Source: an uncultured Methanosarcinales archaeon
Lineage (GTDB): Archaea > Nanobdellota > Nanobdellia > Woesearchaeales > ARS49
DNA: 64,000 bases
Assembly (NCBI GenBank): GCA_964617195.1
Contig: CAZTVK010000015.1
Location: 2,317-66,316, forward strand
Direction of reading: 5' to 3'
The position numbers were made by a program, and so were the translations under genes. The notes under the pieces are model-generated. The model was not told where the DNA came from and made no database searches. It saw nothing but the letters and a program-made list of their open reading frames with translations. How positions within the stretch are numbered: the stretch's first letter is position 1; each line of letters opens with the position of its first letter. Of this stretch, positions 1-10,313 are shown one piece after another.

Positions 1-204
1 AGATTATGAAAGCGCGCGAAGATACTTCAAAGCGGCCATCCCTCATTTCGCAGAAGAAACCGTGCGTGACTACAGAAACGCATTCAAAATATTACTTATT
101 GATGCTGCTGAAAAAGGAGCAGACAACAACACTATTCTTGAATACTCAAAAACAGTCTACGCAGTCTGCAGCGTAAAAGGAAAAGAACCTGAAAAAAATC
201 AGAA

Positions 205-801
205 TTAACGTGAACTATCTGCCTGTCTCTCAATCTCGCCCTTCTTCGCAATCGCCAAAGACTTAACATCGAGCTTGAAAGCAGAAATAAGCTCATCAGC
301 CAAAGCGTCCTCAACAGAAGTCTTCTTGTTGAAACACCTTTCATAAGTGCCCTGCACGAAATACCTCAAAGCAACATCAACACGCCTTTGAGGAGCGCAA
401 TCAGTCGCCTTAGGATAACGCGCGCCACCATACTCAATCGTGACAATCTCCTCACGAGGAGCAGCATTCTCCAAAGCCTTGACGAAAACAGCAATCGGAT
501 TCTGCTTAATCCTTTCCTCTATAATCTTGAAAGCGTTAAACACAGTCTGGTACGCCAAAGAGCTCTTTCCGCAATTATGACCAGAACTCCTCAAATGCTT
601 CTTACCCTTGTGCCCAGGAATCATGATCTTGTTAATCAAACGCTCAACAATAAAAGTCCTGGACTTATGAAACTTCTTGCCAGCATATCTAGCACCAGTC
701 TTTGGAACAAAACGCGACTCAAGATTAACATACCTAATCAAACCAGCATCCAAAACCTTGATGCCCTCAACACTCCACTTGTTAAACGCCAAAACACTCA
801 T
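205..801 (-). CDS. rps7: 30S ribosomal protein S7 (uS7)
   Basis: 198-aa ORF with typical uS7 sequence. It is last in the conserved archaeal rpo-L30e-NusA-S12-S7 cluster. Confidence 0.9.
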   Translation of the reverse strand: MSVLAFNKWSVEGIKVLDAGLIRYVNLESRFVPKTGARYAGKKFHKSRTFIVERLINKIMIPGHKGKKHLRSSGHNCGKSSLAYQTVFNAFKIIEERIKQNPIAVFVKALENAAPREEIVTIEYGGARYPKATDCAPQRRVDVALRYFVQGTYERCFNKKTSVEDALADELISAFKLDVKSLAIAKKGEIERQADSSR

Positions 802-802
802 T

Positions 803-1240
803 TTACTTTCTCGCCTTCTCTATTTTGCCCCTCAAAAGGGCATCCAAACTCTGATCATTAACCTTAATAACCTGCCATCTGATACCAGGAATGTCTCCCT
901 TAGACTTTCCCTGACAACCGCCAATCCTTTCAATAATGACTTCATCGTGCTCATCAATCATCTTCTGAGCGCCATCCTTCGGCATGAAAACTCCAACCTG
1001 ACGGCCATTCTTAACCAATTGAACACGGCAGCACTTTCTCATCGCAGAGTTAGGCTGCTTAGCCTCAACCTGGAACTTCTCAATAACGATTCCTCTTGCC
1101 TGAGACGCGCCTTCCAACGGATCCGCCTTTCTGGCAAGATTCAAAGTCTTGCGAATATAATTAGCATCATGCCATTTACCAAAATGACGCCTTCGCTTCA
1201 AGGCCTTTCCAACATTCAATCCATTTGACTTGTTTGCCAT
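803..1240 (-). CDS. rps12: 30S ribosomal protein S12 (uS12)
   Basis: 145 aa with conserved uS12 motifs (PNSAMRK, VQL.KNG). Lies directly upstream of S7. Confidence 0.92.
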   Translation of the reverse strand: MANKSNGLNVGKALKRRRHFGKWHDANYIRKTLNLARKADPLEGASQARGIVIEKFQVEAKQPNSAMRKCCRVQLVKNGRQVGVFMPKDGAQKMIDEHDEVIIERIGGCQGKSKGDIPGIRWQVIKVNDQSLDALLRGKIEKARK

Positions 1241-1241
1241 C

Positions 1242-1655
1242 TTAAATCACTCTTAATTCCTTAATCGGAAAATATCTCTGAACGATAGCTTCAAATAAAC
1301 GCAAATTTGAAGCCCCACGACCTATCAGCAAACCACGGGTTTTTAAATCTTTCGCAGACAAAAAGACAGTGGAATCCTCCATTTTAACCTCTTTCAACTC
1401 CAATGGAGCCACGACATTCTTCACGAACTGCATCACATCAGTATGATATTCAACGATCTTAACACGCTTCTTCAGCTTATTCTCAATGTTTCGCACATGC
1501 TGGCCTCCCCTACCGATAGCCTTGGCGCTCTCGCCCTCATGCACTATGAAAATAACTTGTTCATCACTAGGCACGCAGTCCTTAACATGAGCGCCAGTCA
1601 ACTGCTCGAATAAAGCAATAGTCTGCATTGCCTGCATGTCAAGAACTATCTTCAT
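1242..1655 (-). CDS. nusA: Archaeal NusA-like transcription termination factor (two KH domains)
   Basis: KH signature [18 protein letters not shown]. Probable start is the internal Met (MKIVLD), which overlaps the L30e stop in an ATGA arrangement. Confidence 0.8.
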   Translation of the reverse strand: MKIVLDMQAMQTIALFEQLTGAHVKDCVPSDEQVIFIVHEGESAKAIGRGGQHVRNIENKLKKRVKIVEYHTDVMQFVKNVVAPLELKEVKMEDSTVFLSAKDLKTRGLLIGRGASNLRLFEAIVQRYFPIKELRVI

Positions 1656-1930
1656 GCCAATACGCCAACTACAGAAATAGCAAAAGGCTTCTTGCACAAA
1701 ACGCCGATCTCCTCGCTCGTCTGGTTGAGTTCGACAACATCAATTCCTGCAATACCGCACGCCCTCTCAAGATCGCTTTTCATCTGCGGACTGCAATTTG
1801 TAGAAATGAACACTCTGACAAGCTTGCCCTGACGCAACAATTTCACAGTAACAGTTGAACCTAAAACTAGCTTGCTCGCACTCATCAACTTTTTGACTTC
1901 AGAAACACCCTCAACAACAGCTTTAACCAT
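1652..1930 (-). CDS. rpl30e: 50S ribosomal protein L30e (eL30)
   Basis: 92-aa L30e/L7Ae-fold protein at its conserved position between rpoA'' and nusA. Confidence 0.85.
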   Translation of the reverse strand: MVKAVVEGVSEVKKLMSASKLVLGSTVTVKLLRQGKLVRVFISTNCSPQMKSDLERACGIAGIDVVELNQTSEEIGVLCKKPFAISVVGVLA

Positions 1931-1931
1931 A

Positions 1932-3071
1932 TCATTTCTCCTTGACTATCTTCGTAATCAATCCAGGCAGTCCAGTGCCAACTGGCACAGGCTGGTTCAA
2001 CATCACGTTCTCAACAACACTGTTCAACTGATCAACCTCTCCCTTCAAAGCAGCATTCACAATGTGCTTGATAGGAGTTTCGAAAGAAGCCCTTGCCAAA
2101 ACAGAAGCCTTCTCGCTGACAACACCATAACGGGTAATACCCTTGATCTCTCCGCTGGCAGTCATCGTGTCAGCAACCAGCATGATATGACGGATGTCAA
2201 CGTTCAAACCCTGCGTCTCGATAACCTTGAACACTTCATCCATGATTGCCTGCCTTGCAGCCTCAACGCCCAAAACTTCCGCAACCTCATGAATATCATT
2301 AGTGGTAGTTCTTTGCGTATCAACAAAATCAAGCTCGAAAAGCTTCTTCAGATTGCTCCCGGCAGTAATAATGATGAACTCATCCTTTCTCTTAACAGGA
2401 AGTATCTGAGTAACACCCTTAATGCCCTTAACATAAACTTCCTTTGCTTTTTCCTTCAAACGATACAACGCATTAAGGCCTTTCTCCTCATCCTTGCCCT
2501 TAACCTTCAGCGTTACAATACCATCAGCATACTTCACATTGGCCTCTGTAGACAATCCCTTCTCAACAGCCTTCACCAATGATTGCGGAGAAATATCAAA
2601 CTCCTTCATCTTCTCAGAATTCAGCTTGACATCAATCTTCAAATCAACAATGTTCATACCATACTCGGAAACAACCTCATCAAACTTGGTCTCCTTAATC
2701 TGCAAAGCAATCTCACGAATGTCCTTTCCCTTGTTAAACGGAGCCTTCAAGAAAATTTCCATGAAAGGAGTCGCGATCGATTTCCTTCCGTCAAGAATCT
2801 CAATAATACGCGGCAAACCCATTGTGACGTTCATCTCTGCGACACCAGCAAAGTGGAAAGTGTTCAAAGTCATCTGAGTGCCCGGCTCGCCGATACTTTC
2901 AGCTCCGACCAAACCAACAGCTTCACCGGCATCAATCTTGGCAGCCTCGTACTCTTCAAGCACACGCTTTGCCACCTTCTTAATCTTGCCCGCAGGACAA
3001 TTTTCCTCAATCTCCTTCAGCATGCTCGGAGGCAGCTTGTCCTCAAAATCCTTAAGATCTGCATGTACCAT
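1932..3071 (-). CDS. rpoA2: DNA-directed RNA polymerase subunit A''
   Basis: 379 aa. Homologous to the Rpb1 C-terminal portion. Sits downstream of rpoA'. Confidence 0.93.
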   Translation of the reverse strand: MVHADLKDFEDKLPPSMLKEIEENCPAGKIKKVAKRVLEEYEAAKIDAGEAVGLVGAESIGEPGTQMTLNTFHFAGVAEMNVTMGLPRIIEILDGRKSIATPFMEIFLKAPFNKGKDIREIALQIKETKFDEVVSEYGMNIVDLKIDVKLNSEKMKEFDISPQSLVKAVEKGLSTEANVKYADGIVTLKVKGKDEEKGLNALYRLKEKAKEVYVKGIKGVTQILPVKRKDEFIIITAGSNLKKLFELDFVDTQRTTTNDIHEVAEVLGVEAARQAIMDEVFKVIETQGLNVDIRHIMLVADTMTASGEIKGITRYGVVSEKASVLARASFETPIKHIVNAALKGEVDQLNSVVENVMLNQPVPVGTGLPGLITKIVKEK

Positions 3072-3075
3072 TTTT

Positions 3076-5805
3076 TTACTCCGTCGTATTAATTATTTTT
3101 TTAACATCAATCTTTCCGCTCTCAGACCTGGCGACATCAATTCCATCTTCACCGTATTTGAACTGAATAATTCTGCCAGACGCGTCACGGACAGTTCCGT
3201 CATACTCAACACGCAAGTCCTGCATAGCGTTCGCCAAACGTCTGTACAAATAACCTGACTTAGGCGTACGCAAAGCAGTGTCCATCAAAGCATCCCTTCC
3301 AGTTATAGCGTGGAAGAAAAACTCCTTAGGATTAATGCCGTGCTTGAAACCGTGAATGATGAAACCGTGAGATTCAGGACTCAAGTCTCCGCGCTTGAAA
3401 CAACTCAAAGTCCTGTTACGATAACCCTTCTCGATACGCTTACCACGCATAGCTTGCTGGCCAACACAAGCGCTCATCTGAATCAAAGAAGTGATGCTAC
3501 CTCTAGCACCAGACAAAATCATTACAGCAGCATGGTTTTTGTCCTCGACAAAACCCTTGATGATCTGACCGCACGCGTTACGCGCCTTGTTCAAACGCTC
3601 CAAAATCTTAAGCTCAAGAGTCTCACTCGCAGTCCTGCCAGGATACACTTCAAGAGTGCCGCCTTGGAAAGACTTAATCATCTGAGAAACATCCTCTTCT
3701 GCCTGGTGAAGCAATTGGTCGATCTGGTCACGGGCTTCCTGAGGCAAGTCCTCGTCAGCAATACCAGTGCTGAATCCATGAATGAACAAGTACTCAATAC
3801 CCATTTTCAAAATGTGGTGCAAAATTTTGATAGTCTTCGCAGGCCCATACTGCTTGTGCAGGCTTCTCAAAAGAAGACCCTCGCCTTCTCCGCCGATCGC
3901 CTTGGTATCAATAATTCCCTCAATAAGCTGACCCTTCTTTATGATAACCGGCTCTCCAGAACGGGAAACGCCAACATAATCAAAATCATCAGGCAGCAAA
4001 GCACTGAACACTTCCCTGCCAGTCACTTTCTTCTTTGACGCGAGCCCTGCGAAACCAGACGCACCAATGCTCGCAAGCATCGAAGTCGCCTGCTCAGGAG
4101 TCAAATCTCCACGCTTCGTCAAAAGATAATTGCCACTGATCGCGTCCTGAATGCAACCAATGACTGAAAGACCATATCTTGGCGAAATCAGTTGCGTCTG
4201 AACCTGCATCAAAATCTCAGCTTCAGCCCTTGATTCCTCAGTCTGAGGAATATGCAAGTTCATCTCGTCACCGTCAAAGTCAGCGTTATAAGGGTTACAA
4301 ACAGCAGGGTTCAATCTCAAAGTCCTGCCAGGCAAAACTCTCACACGGTGGCACATCATGCTCATCCTGTGAAGCGAAGGCTGACGGTTGAAAATCGCAA
4401 TGTCGCCGTCAAGCAAATGACGCTCAACAACATAACCAGGCTGCAATTCTTCCAAAGCAGCTTCCTTAGTTTCCTCAGTAATCTTCTTCTTTTTGCCATC
4501 AGGCCTTACAACATAATTAGAACCAGGATAAACACCAGGACCATTCTGCACGAACTTCTTCAAATACACCATGTTCCAATCATTAACAGTCTCAGGAACA
4601 GTCAATTTCATAGCAATAATCTTCGGAACACCAACCTCATCCAATGCAAGCATCGGGTCAGGCGAGATAACAGTTCTAGCGCAGAAGTTCGTACGCTTAC
4701 CAGCAAGATTATGCCTGATACGACCTTCCTTACTCTTGATTCTCTCAGTGATCGTCTTCAAAGGCTGACCAGACCTGTGCCTTGCAGGCGGCAATTGCGC
4801 AATGCTGTTGTCAAAGAACGTGGTCACGTGATACTGCAACAAGTCCCACAAGTCCTCAATGATTATTTCAGGAGCACCAGCATTGATGTTCTCAAACAAT
4901 CTCTGGTTAATCCTGACAATATCGCCAAGCTTGTGCGTCAAATCATCCTCAGAACGCTCACCACTCTCGAGAGTGATGGACGGCCTGACAGTAACAGGAG
5001 GAATAGGCAAGACTGTCAAAATCATCCACTCAGGCCTTGCAGCCTTAGGATTCAAGCCGAATAACTCAGTGTCCTCATCAGGAATCTTCTCAAGGCGCGC
5101 GCGAATCTCTATCGGAGAAATACGCTTGTCACCCTCAAGGAAAGTAGTGGGTTTTTCAATCGAAATCTTTGCCTGTTTAGCCTTGCAATGCGGACACTTG
5201 CCGCCAGTCTTGGAACTGTCAATCAAAGCCTTGACTGCCAAACGTCGCGCTTCAGGACCTTCCTCGAACTCAATCTTGTCCAAATGCGCTTTAGCCTTAG
5301 CCAGCTTGTCCGGATGAACCATCAAACGAGAGCATTCCTTGCACGCTGTTCTCAACAACAACTGGATTATTCTGGCAAACTTAACGTGAATGACAGGTCT
5401 TGCAAGTTCAATATAACCAAAGTGACCGATGCATTCCTTCAATTTGCTACCGCAAGTCTTGCATCTCAAACCAGGATCGATGACTCCAAGACGGACATCC
5501 ATCAATCCGCCATCAACAGGATAACCTTCCTTATCATACAATTCAGGCGTCACAATCTTTGCGGACGCCATCTTCTTAATCATCTTAGGAGAAAGAACAC
5601 CGAACACAACGCTAGAAACTTGTTTGTAAACGTAATGAGCCATCCCTTCCATGCGCTCCCTTGAAAACTGCTCCCGCTCAATCTTCTCTTCCTTCGGAGC
5701 TTCAACTGGAGTTTCAACTGCTTTTTCAGCTACAATTTCTGCTTTCACTTCTTCAGCCGCAGGGGCTTCAGTTGTTACTGCTTCTTCCTTTTTCTTGCGT
5801 GGCAT
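3076..5805 (-). CDS. rpoA1: DNA-directed RNA polymerase subunit A'
   Basis: 909 aa with Rpb1 N-terminal motifs, including the zinc-binding CKTCG...C region and the NADFDGDEMN catalytic motif. Confidence 0.96.
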   Translation of the reverse strand: MPRKKKEEAVTTEAPAAEEVKAEIVAEKAVETPVEAPKEEKIEREQFSRERMEGMAHYVYKQVSSVVFGVLSPKMIKKMASAKIVTPELYDKEGYPVDGGLMDVRLGVIDPGLRCKTCGSKLKECIGHFGYIELARPVIHVKFARIIQLLLRTACKECSRLMVHPDKLAKAKAHLDKIEFEEGPEARRLAVKALIDSSKTGGKCPHCKAKQAKISIEKPTTFLEGDKRISPIEIRARLEKIPDEDTELFGLNPKAARPEWMILTVLPIPPVTVRPSITLESGERSEDDLTHKLGDIVRINQRLFENINAGAPEIIIEDLWDLLQYHVTTFFDNSIAQLPPARHRSGQPLKTITERIKSKEGRIRHNLAGKRTNFCARTVISPDPMLALDEVGVPKIIAMKLTVPETVNDWNMVYLKKFVQNGPGVYPGSNYVVRPDGKKKKITEETKEAALEELQPGYVVERHLLDGDIAIFNRQPSLHRMSMMCHRVRVLPGRTLRLNPAVCNPYNADFDGDEMNLHIPQTEESRAEAEILMQVQTQLISPRYGLSVIGCIQDAISGNYLLTKRGDLTPEQATSMLASIGASGFAGLASKKKVTGREVFSALLPDDFDYVGVSRSGEPVIIKKGQLIEGIIDTKAIGGEGEGLLLRSLHKQYGPAKTIKILHHILKMGIEYLFIHGFSTGIADEDLPQEARDQIDQLLHQAEEDVSQMIKSFQGGTLEVYPGRTASETLELKILERLNKARNACGQIIKGFVEDKNHAAVMILSGARGSITSLIQMSACVGQQAMRGKRIEKGYRNRTLSCFKRGDLSPESHGFIIHGFKHGINPKEFFFHAITGRDALMDTALRTPKSGYLYRRLANAMQDLRVEYDGTVRDASGRIIQFKYGEDGIDVARSESGKIDVKKIINTTE

Positions 5806-5812
5806 TTTTTCC

Positions 5813-7615
5813 TCAATATTTATTTTTCAATACAAGCTTTGGATAAATACCCAAGCTCTTAAATTCATCCAAAATCAACTTGAACGCGTATGAAATCTCG
5901 ATATCACTAATCTCGACATTATCACCGCAAATAGGACAATACCTCTTGTCCTTGAACTGGTCGAAAATGGCAATAATGCCGCAACTCTCACAGATCGGCA
6001 CGACAGTCTTGTCAGAATCAAAACGCTCCTTCAACAACATGCTCGCACCATGGGCTACAAAAGTATCCTTCTCCATTTCTCCCAATCTCAAACCGCCTTC
6101 CTTCGCACGACCCTCTGTAGGCTGTCTTGTAAGAAGCTGGATAGGACCACGCGCACGCGAGTGAATCTTGTTCGCAACCATGTGCTTCAATTTCAAATAA
6201 TACATATTACCCATGTAAATCTTGGCCTCGAAAATCTCGCCAGTCACACCATTATACATAGTCTCAGAGCCATTTTCCTTAAAGCCCATGCTGACCAATT
6301 CTTTTCTAATTTCCTGCTCAGGCTCGCCGCTGAAAGTCGTGCCATCAATGAGTCTTCCAGACAATGCACCAGTCTTGCCGCCAATAAGCTCTATCAAATG
6401 CGAAATAGTCATACGCGAAGGAATACCGTGAGGAGAGAAGATGAGATCAGGCTTGATACCTGAAGCGCTGAACGGCACATCTGCCTCAGGAACGATCAAT
6501 CCAACAACTCCCTTCTGACCGTGACGCGAAACGAACTTGTCCCCAATCTCAGGAACTCTTGAATCACGAAGTCTGACCTGCACTAACTTGTTACCTTCCT
6601 CATTCTCAGTCAAACAGACAAAATCAACAACGCCCTCTTCACCATGGCGAAGCGAGACTGAAGATTCTCTCCTTATGTTTGACGCAAGACTATACTCTTC
6701 AAGGTTAGACAAGAATCTTGGAGGAGAAGTCTTTCCGATAATGACGTCTTCCTCCTTAACCTTCGCTTCAGGATAAACAATACCGTCGCCTTCCAAGAAC
6801 CTGTAATCACGCTCTGACTTGTAACCCTTGACATCCTTGTCAGGAATGCCGACAGAATCCATCAAACCGCCAGAATACCTCAACTCTTCACTGATGGCCG
6901 GCCTGAAATACGTGCTTCTTCCAAATCCTCGCTCAATAGACCCCTTGTTGATAATGACTGCGTCTTCCATGTTATAACCCTTATAGCTCATAATTGCGAC
7001 AACAATGTTTTGACCACAAGGGTGCGCGTTGTATTCAGACAACTCGTGCATCATCGTATGAACCAAAGGAGCCTGCGGATAGTGCAATAAGTTAACGTCC
7101 ATATCCATACGAACAGGATAATTTGTAGCGTACAAACCAATAGACTGCTTCAAGTTCCTGCTTCCAATGATCAAACGAGCAGACTGAATGTAATCACCAT
7201 ATGGAATCAAGCCGGTAACAATACCCAGCATGCACAATGGAGAAATCTCCAAATGAGTGTGCTCAGGAGTCAGATCCTGGTCTGAGAAAGCAATAAGAGA
7301 ATTCTCCTCCTCTGCAGCATCCAAAAACTCGATGACGCCCTGGTCAACCAAGTCAGACCAAGTGGTTTCGCCTTTTTGCAATTGCTTGACGTGCTTGTCA
7401 GTCAAAACAGGCATGCCGCCATTAACCACTATCAATGGTCTTCGGCATCTTCCTCTTGAACTTTCAACAAAAACGTGGTCAATCATCTCGTCAAAATAAA
7501 CGTTCACATTAGTAGAAAGCGCTCCAGAACGCCTGTCCTGCTTCAAACGCTGAACAAACTCATGAGCATTCTCAATATCACCCGCAAACTTGCCGTTCAG
7601 GTAAACTTCACTCAT
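5813..7615 (-). CDS. rpoB1: DNA-directed RNA polymerase subunit B' (C-terminal part of split B)
   Basis: 600 aa. Rpb2 C-terminal region with the C-terminal Zn motif CPICGD...C. Confidence 0.95.
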   Translation of the reverse strand: MSEVYLNGKFAGDIENAHEFVQRLKQDRRSGALSTNVNVYFDEMIDHVFVESSRGRCRRPLIVVNGGMPVLTDKHVKQLQKGETTWSDLVDQGVIEFLDAAEEENSLIAFSDQDLTPEHTHLEISPLCMLGIVTGLIPYGDYIQSARLIIGSRNLKQSIGLYATNYPVRMDMDVNLLHYPQAPLVHTMMHELSEYNAHPCGQNIVVAIMSYKGYNMEDAVIINKGSIERGFGRSTYFRPAISEELRYSGGLMDSVGIPDKDVKGYKSERDYRFLEGDGIVYPEAKVKEEDVIIGKTSPPRFLSNLEEYSLASNIRRESSVSLRHGEEGVVDFVCLTENEEGNKLVQVRLRDSRVPEIGDKFVSRHGQKGVVGLIVPEADVPFSASGIKPDLIFSPHGIPSRMTISHLIELIGGKTGALSGRLIDGTTFSGEPEQEIRKELVSMGFKENGSETMYNGVTGEIFEAKIYMGNMYYLKLKHMVANKIHSRARGPIQLLTRQPTEGRAKEGGLRLGEMEKDTFVAHGASMLLKERFDSDKTVVPICESCGIIAIFDQFKDKRYCPICGDNVEISDIEISYAFKLILDEFKSLGIYPKLVLKNKY

Positions 7616-9099
7616 TTTATAACCGCCTTCAAGCCAGCGGCTTTCAACTGCTTAAGCACATCCTCTTCAGGAACGTCCTTGCTAACTGTCGCGAGCATAC
7701 TGAAATTCTTTCTCAAACCAATATTAGTACCTTCAGGAGTCTCTGAAGGGCACAATCTTCCCAAATGAGTAGCGTGCAATTCTCTAGCCTCAAAATTCTC
7801 CTGAGAAGAGCTCAAAGGCGAGACAACTCTCTGCAAGTGCGACAAAGTATTCAAGAAATTCAATCTCTGGATTCTCTGAGAAACACCCTTCCTGCCGCCA
7901 ACCCAGTTGCCGGTCGCCATCGCGCTGTAAATCCTCGACGTCAAAAGCTTGTCCCTGATTATAACCTTGATGCTTGGGAACTTTCCTCTTTTCACAATAC
8001 GCTGGAAATTGTACAACAAGTCGCCAATCAAAACTTTCAAATTCATCCTGAACAAATCTGCCAGCAAATCCCCTGACATCTTGATGCGCTTGTTCATATA
8101 ATGGTCCTTATCATCCAACGGAACCTCTCCGCGCGCAGCTAAAATATATTTCTTCAACATCTTGCACAAATTGTAAGCCTTCATCATACGGTCTTCCTTA
8201 TCTGAACCAATGTGAGGCAGCAAATACTTGTCAATCAGCTCAATCATCCTTTCAAGCCTTATCTCCCTTGTCTGCGTGATTCCGATCACTTTCGCAATCC
8301 TATCCATAGCCTCATCAGGAGCCTTAACATCAACAAACTCGAACAAATTAATGAGAACCTCATCAAACTGTTTGTCCTTGCTGACAGATTGCAGTATCTC
8401 TTCATCTTTCACAAGACCTAATGCCTTAACCACGAGAATTATAGGAACACGCTTCACTCTTGTGAAACTCAAATAGTAAATACCATCTTTCATTTTTTCA
8501 ACCGTGTGCGGAATCTTATACGAGCCCTGCTCGCTGAACATCTTGCCAATGAATGATGAAACACCGCCAGACTCCTCATTAACCAAGAACCTGTTCGCGC
8601 CCAAGTCCTCAATGTTAACAAGAACACGCTCTGTACCATTTATAATAAAATAACCGCCAGGCTCGAACGGGTCCTCTCCCTTCTCTATCAATTCCTGCTT
8701 TGACAACTTGTTCAAATGACAGTAATTGCTGTGCAGCATTACAGGCAGGCTGCCAATCTGCGTGGTGAAAGACTCTCTTTGCACGTCATTCACGTGCGCT
8801 GAGACTTCAATAAAGATAGGAGCGGCATATGAGAGTTTTCTCAATCTGGCTTCTGCAGGATAAATATTACGCCTGCTACCGTCAGCTTCAGTGATTTCTG
8901 GCTTCGTGACCCAGATCTTATCCAACCTGATCTTGAAACTTTCAACATTCGGAGGAATAATCGTAGGAATAACTTCCTTGTTCTCTTCAACAATCAAGTT
9001 AAGCTCTCGATCAACAAAGAAATTGAAACTCTCAATATTAGACTTGACAAAACTATTCTCCTCAAAGAACTTCTTAATCAAAGTTTTTGCTACAGTCAT
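7612..9099 (-). CDS. rpoB2: DNA-directed RNA polymerase subunit B'' (N-terminal part of split B)
   Basis: 495 aa. Rpb2 N-terminal region. Overlaps rpoB' by 4 nt. Confidence 0.95.
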   Translation of the reverse strand: MTVAKTLIKKFFEENSFVKSNIESFNFFVDRELNLIVEENKEVIPTIIPPNVESFKIRLDKIWVTKPEITEADGSRRNIYPAEARLRKLSYAAPIFIEVSAHVNDVQRESFTTQIGSLPVMLHSNYCHLNKLSKQELIEKGEDPFEPGGYFIINGTERVLVNIEDLGANRFLVNEESGGVSSFIGKMFSEQGSYKIPHTVEKMKDGIYYLSFTRVKRVPIILVVKALGLVKDEEILQSVSKDKQFDEVLINLFEFVDVKAPDEAMDRIAKVIGITQTREIRLERMIELIDKYLLPHIGSDKEDRMMKAYNLCKMLKKYILAARGEVPLDDKDHYMNKRIKMSGDLLADLFRMNLKVLIGDLLYNFQRIVKRGKFPSIKVIIRDKLLTSRIYSAMATGNWVGGRKGVSQRIQRLNFLNTLSHLQRVVSPLSSSQENFEARELHATHLGRLCPSETPEGTNIGLRKNFSMLATVSKDVPEEDVLKQLKAAGLKAVIK

Positions 9100-9332
9100 G
9101 CCGCCACCCTTCTATAAAATACTGTCTCGCCCGCGGTAGGGCTCTTGCGCGAAATCTTGACAATGTCCCCTTCCTTGATATCAAGCTCCTGAATCGCAGG
9201 ATCATTCTTGAAAATTCTCGGCAGGTTCAGAAGCTCAATAGAGTATTTTTCGAACAATTCCTTAGTCTCTTTCTCAGAGAGCTTGGAATGCTTCGGTACA
9301 AGTTCGTGCTTTGCAACTTCAAACTTAGTCAT
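9096..9332 (-). CDS. rpoH: DNA-directed RNA polymerase subunit H (Rpb5 homolog)
   Basis: C-terminal 79 aa of the 119-aa ORF, beginning MTKFEVAKHELVPKHSKLSEKE and ending GDIVKISRKSPTAGETVFYRRV, match RpoH. Start assigned to the internal Met. Confidence 0.85.
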   Translation of the reverse strand: MTKFEVAKHELVPKHSKLSEKETKELFEKYSIELLNLPRIFKNDPAIQELDIKEGDIVKISRKSPTAGETVFYRRVAA

Positions 9333-9398
9333 GCGACGCCTCCGCATGACGAGGCACAAAAAATTGCGAATTTTTGTTGTTTTTCCATGGTAGTATAA

Positions 9399-9503
9399 CG
9401 GGCCGTACGGGACGTTCAGTCGCGAACTCGCGCTCGCGAACTTTTGAACCCGCAACCCTCTGGTTAAAAGCCAGATGCTCTAACCAGGTTGAGCTAACGG
9501 CCC
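9399..9503 (-). tRNA. tRNA-Lys(UUU) with ~30-nt intron inside the T-loop
   Basis: Hand-folded. Acceptor GGGCCGT/ACGGCCC, D-arm GCTC..GAGC, anticodon arm TCTGG-CTTTTAA-CCAGA, T-stem GCGGG/CCCGT. The T-loop is interrupted by a structured ~30-nt insert (TTCGCGAGCGCGAGTTCGCGAC...). A TATA-like element (ggtataa) lies ~30 bp upstream. Confidence 0.75.
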
Positions 9504-9625
9504 TTGATCTTCACTTCAACTGATGATAGGTATAACTGGAGACTTTTGTGGATGTGAGAAATTTTGGTGATGGTTAACCCCATTGTGCGCACTACCCTGT
9601 AACAATAGAGGCTTTGGGAAAGGAG

Positions 9626-9639
9626 GGGGTATATAAAGC
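9626..9639. promoter_or_regulatory. G-run + TATATAAA promoter-like motif
   Basis: gggggtatataaag. The same composite motif recurs at ~17523, ~27964, ~60192 and ~46219. Confidence 0.45.
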
Positions 9640-9717
9640 TTACTGTTTCTCCCTGATACGGAAGTTACCACAAACCTTTTTAAGTTACATAACATACATG
9701 AACAAAAAGAGGCAGCC

Positions 9718-10140
9718 ATGAACAAAAACGTCCCGTACATCATTTTATTCACAATAATAGCATTAGCTGCACTTGCATTCATGTTCTACTCATCAAACCA
9801 ATACGGAAAAGCCAGCTACATAGGAACAATGATGTTCGAGGGCAGAATCGATGACAGCAATGGAAAACCAATATGGGCAGGCAGCATTGTGGGAGTTGCT
9901 GGCCAACGCCGAGTTGCAACAGGCAGAATCAAAGGCTCATACCGGCTTCACTTCCCAACAACATTTGAAAAAGGCATGGACTGGTATAAAGACAAGCCCT
10001 TATCCATATATGTAAACGGCAAACTTTGCACTACACTCGACCTATATAAGTTCGTACAAGAAAAAGGAGGAGGAGTCATAGCCCAAGCGAATCTCAACCT
10101 CAAATGCGGATTTGCATTAACTAAAGGAAGATACGCATAG
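9718..10140 (+). CDS. Hypothetical membrane-anchored protein (N-terminal TM helix)
   Basis: 140-aa ORF. Hydrophobic N-terminus IILFTIIALAALAFMF. No recognisable domain. Confidence 0.5.
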   Translation: MNKNVPYIILFTIIALAALAFMFYSSNQYGKASYIGTMMFEGRIDDSNGKPIWAGSIVGVAGQRRVATGRIKGSYRLHFPTTFEKGMDWYKDKPLSIYVNGKLCTTLDLYKFVQEKGGGVIAQANLNLKCGFALTKGRYA

Positions 10141-10188
10141 ATTTCTGAAAACGCCGAGATTGAGATTTTTGACTTCGTCCTGAAAAAA

Positions 10189-10261
10189 CGCCGGGACCGG
10201 GATTTGAACCCGGGTTGCAAGCGCGACAGGCTCGCGTGCTAGGCCACTACACTATCCCGGC
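10189..10261 (-). tRNA. tRNA-Asp(GUC)
   Basis: Hand-folded 73-nt cloverleaf. Acceptor GCCGGGA/TCCCGGC, anticodon loop CTGTCGC, T-arm CCGGG-TTCAAAT-CCCGG. TATA tttataaa lies ~30 bp upstream. Confidence 0.85.
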
Positions 10262-10313
10262 AATAGATTTAGGTTTGATACGGGCGATTTATAAATGTTA
10301 TGCGACTATAATA

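Noticed and set aside
388-9455. Numerous plus-strand ORFs of 60-270 aa across the rpo/ribosomal cluster (for example 388-861, 677-1228, 1872-2582, 3310-4038, 4252-5064)
   Set aside because: All are antisense to long, highly conserved RNA polymerase and ribosomal protein genes. They have low-complexity Leu/Ser/Arg-rich translations typical of out-of-frame reading of AT-rich coding sequence.
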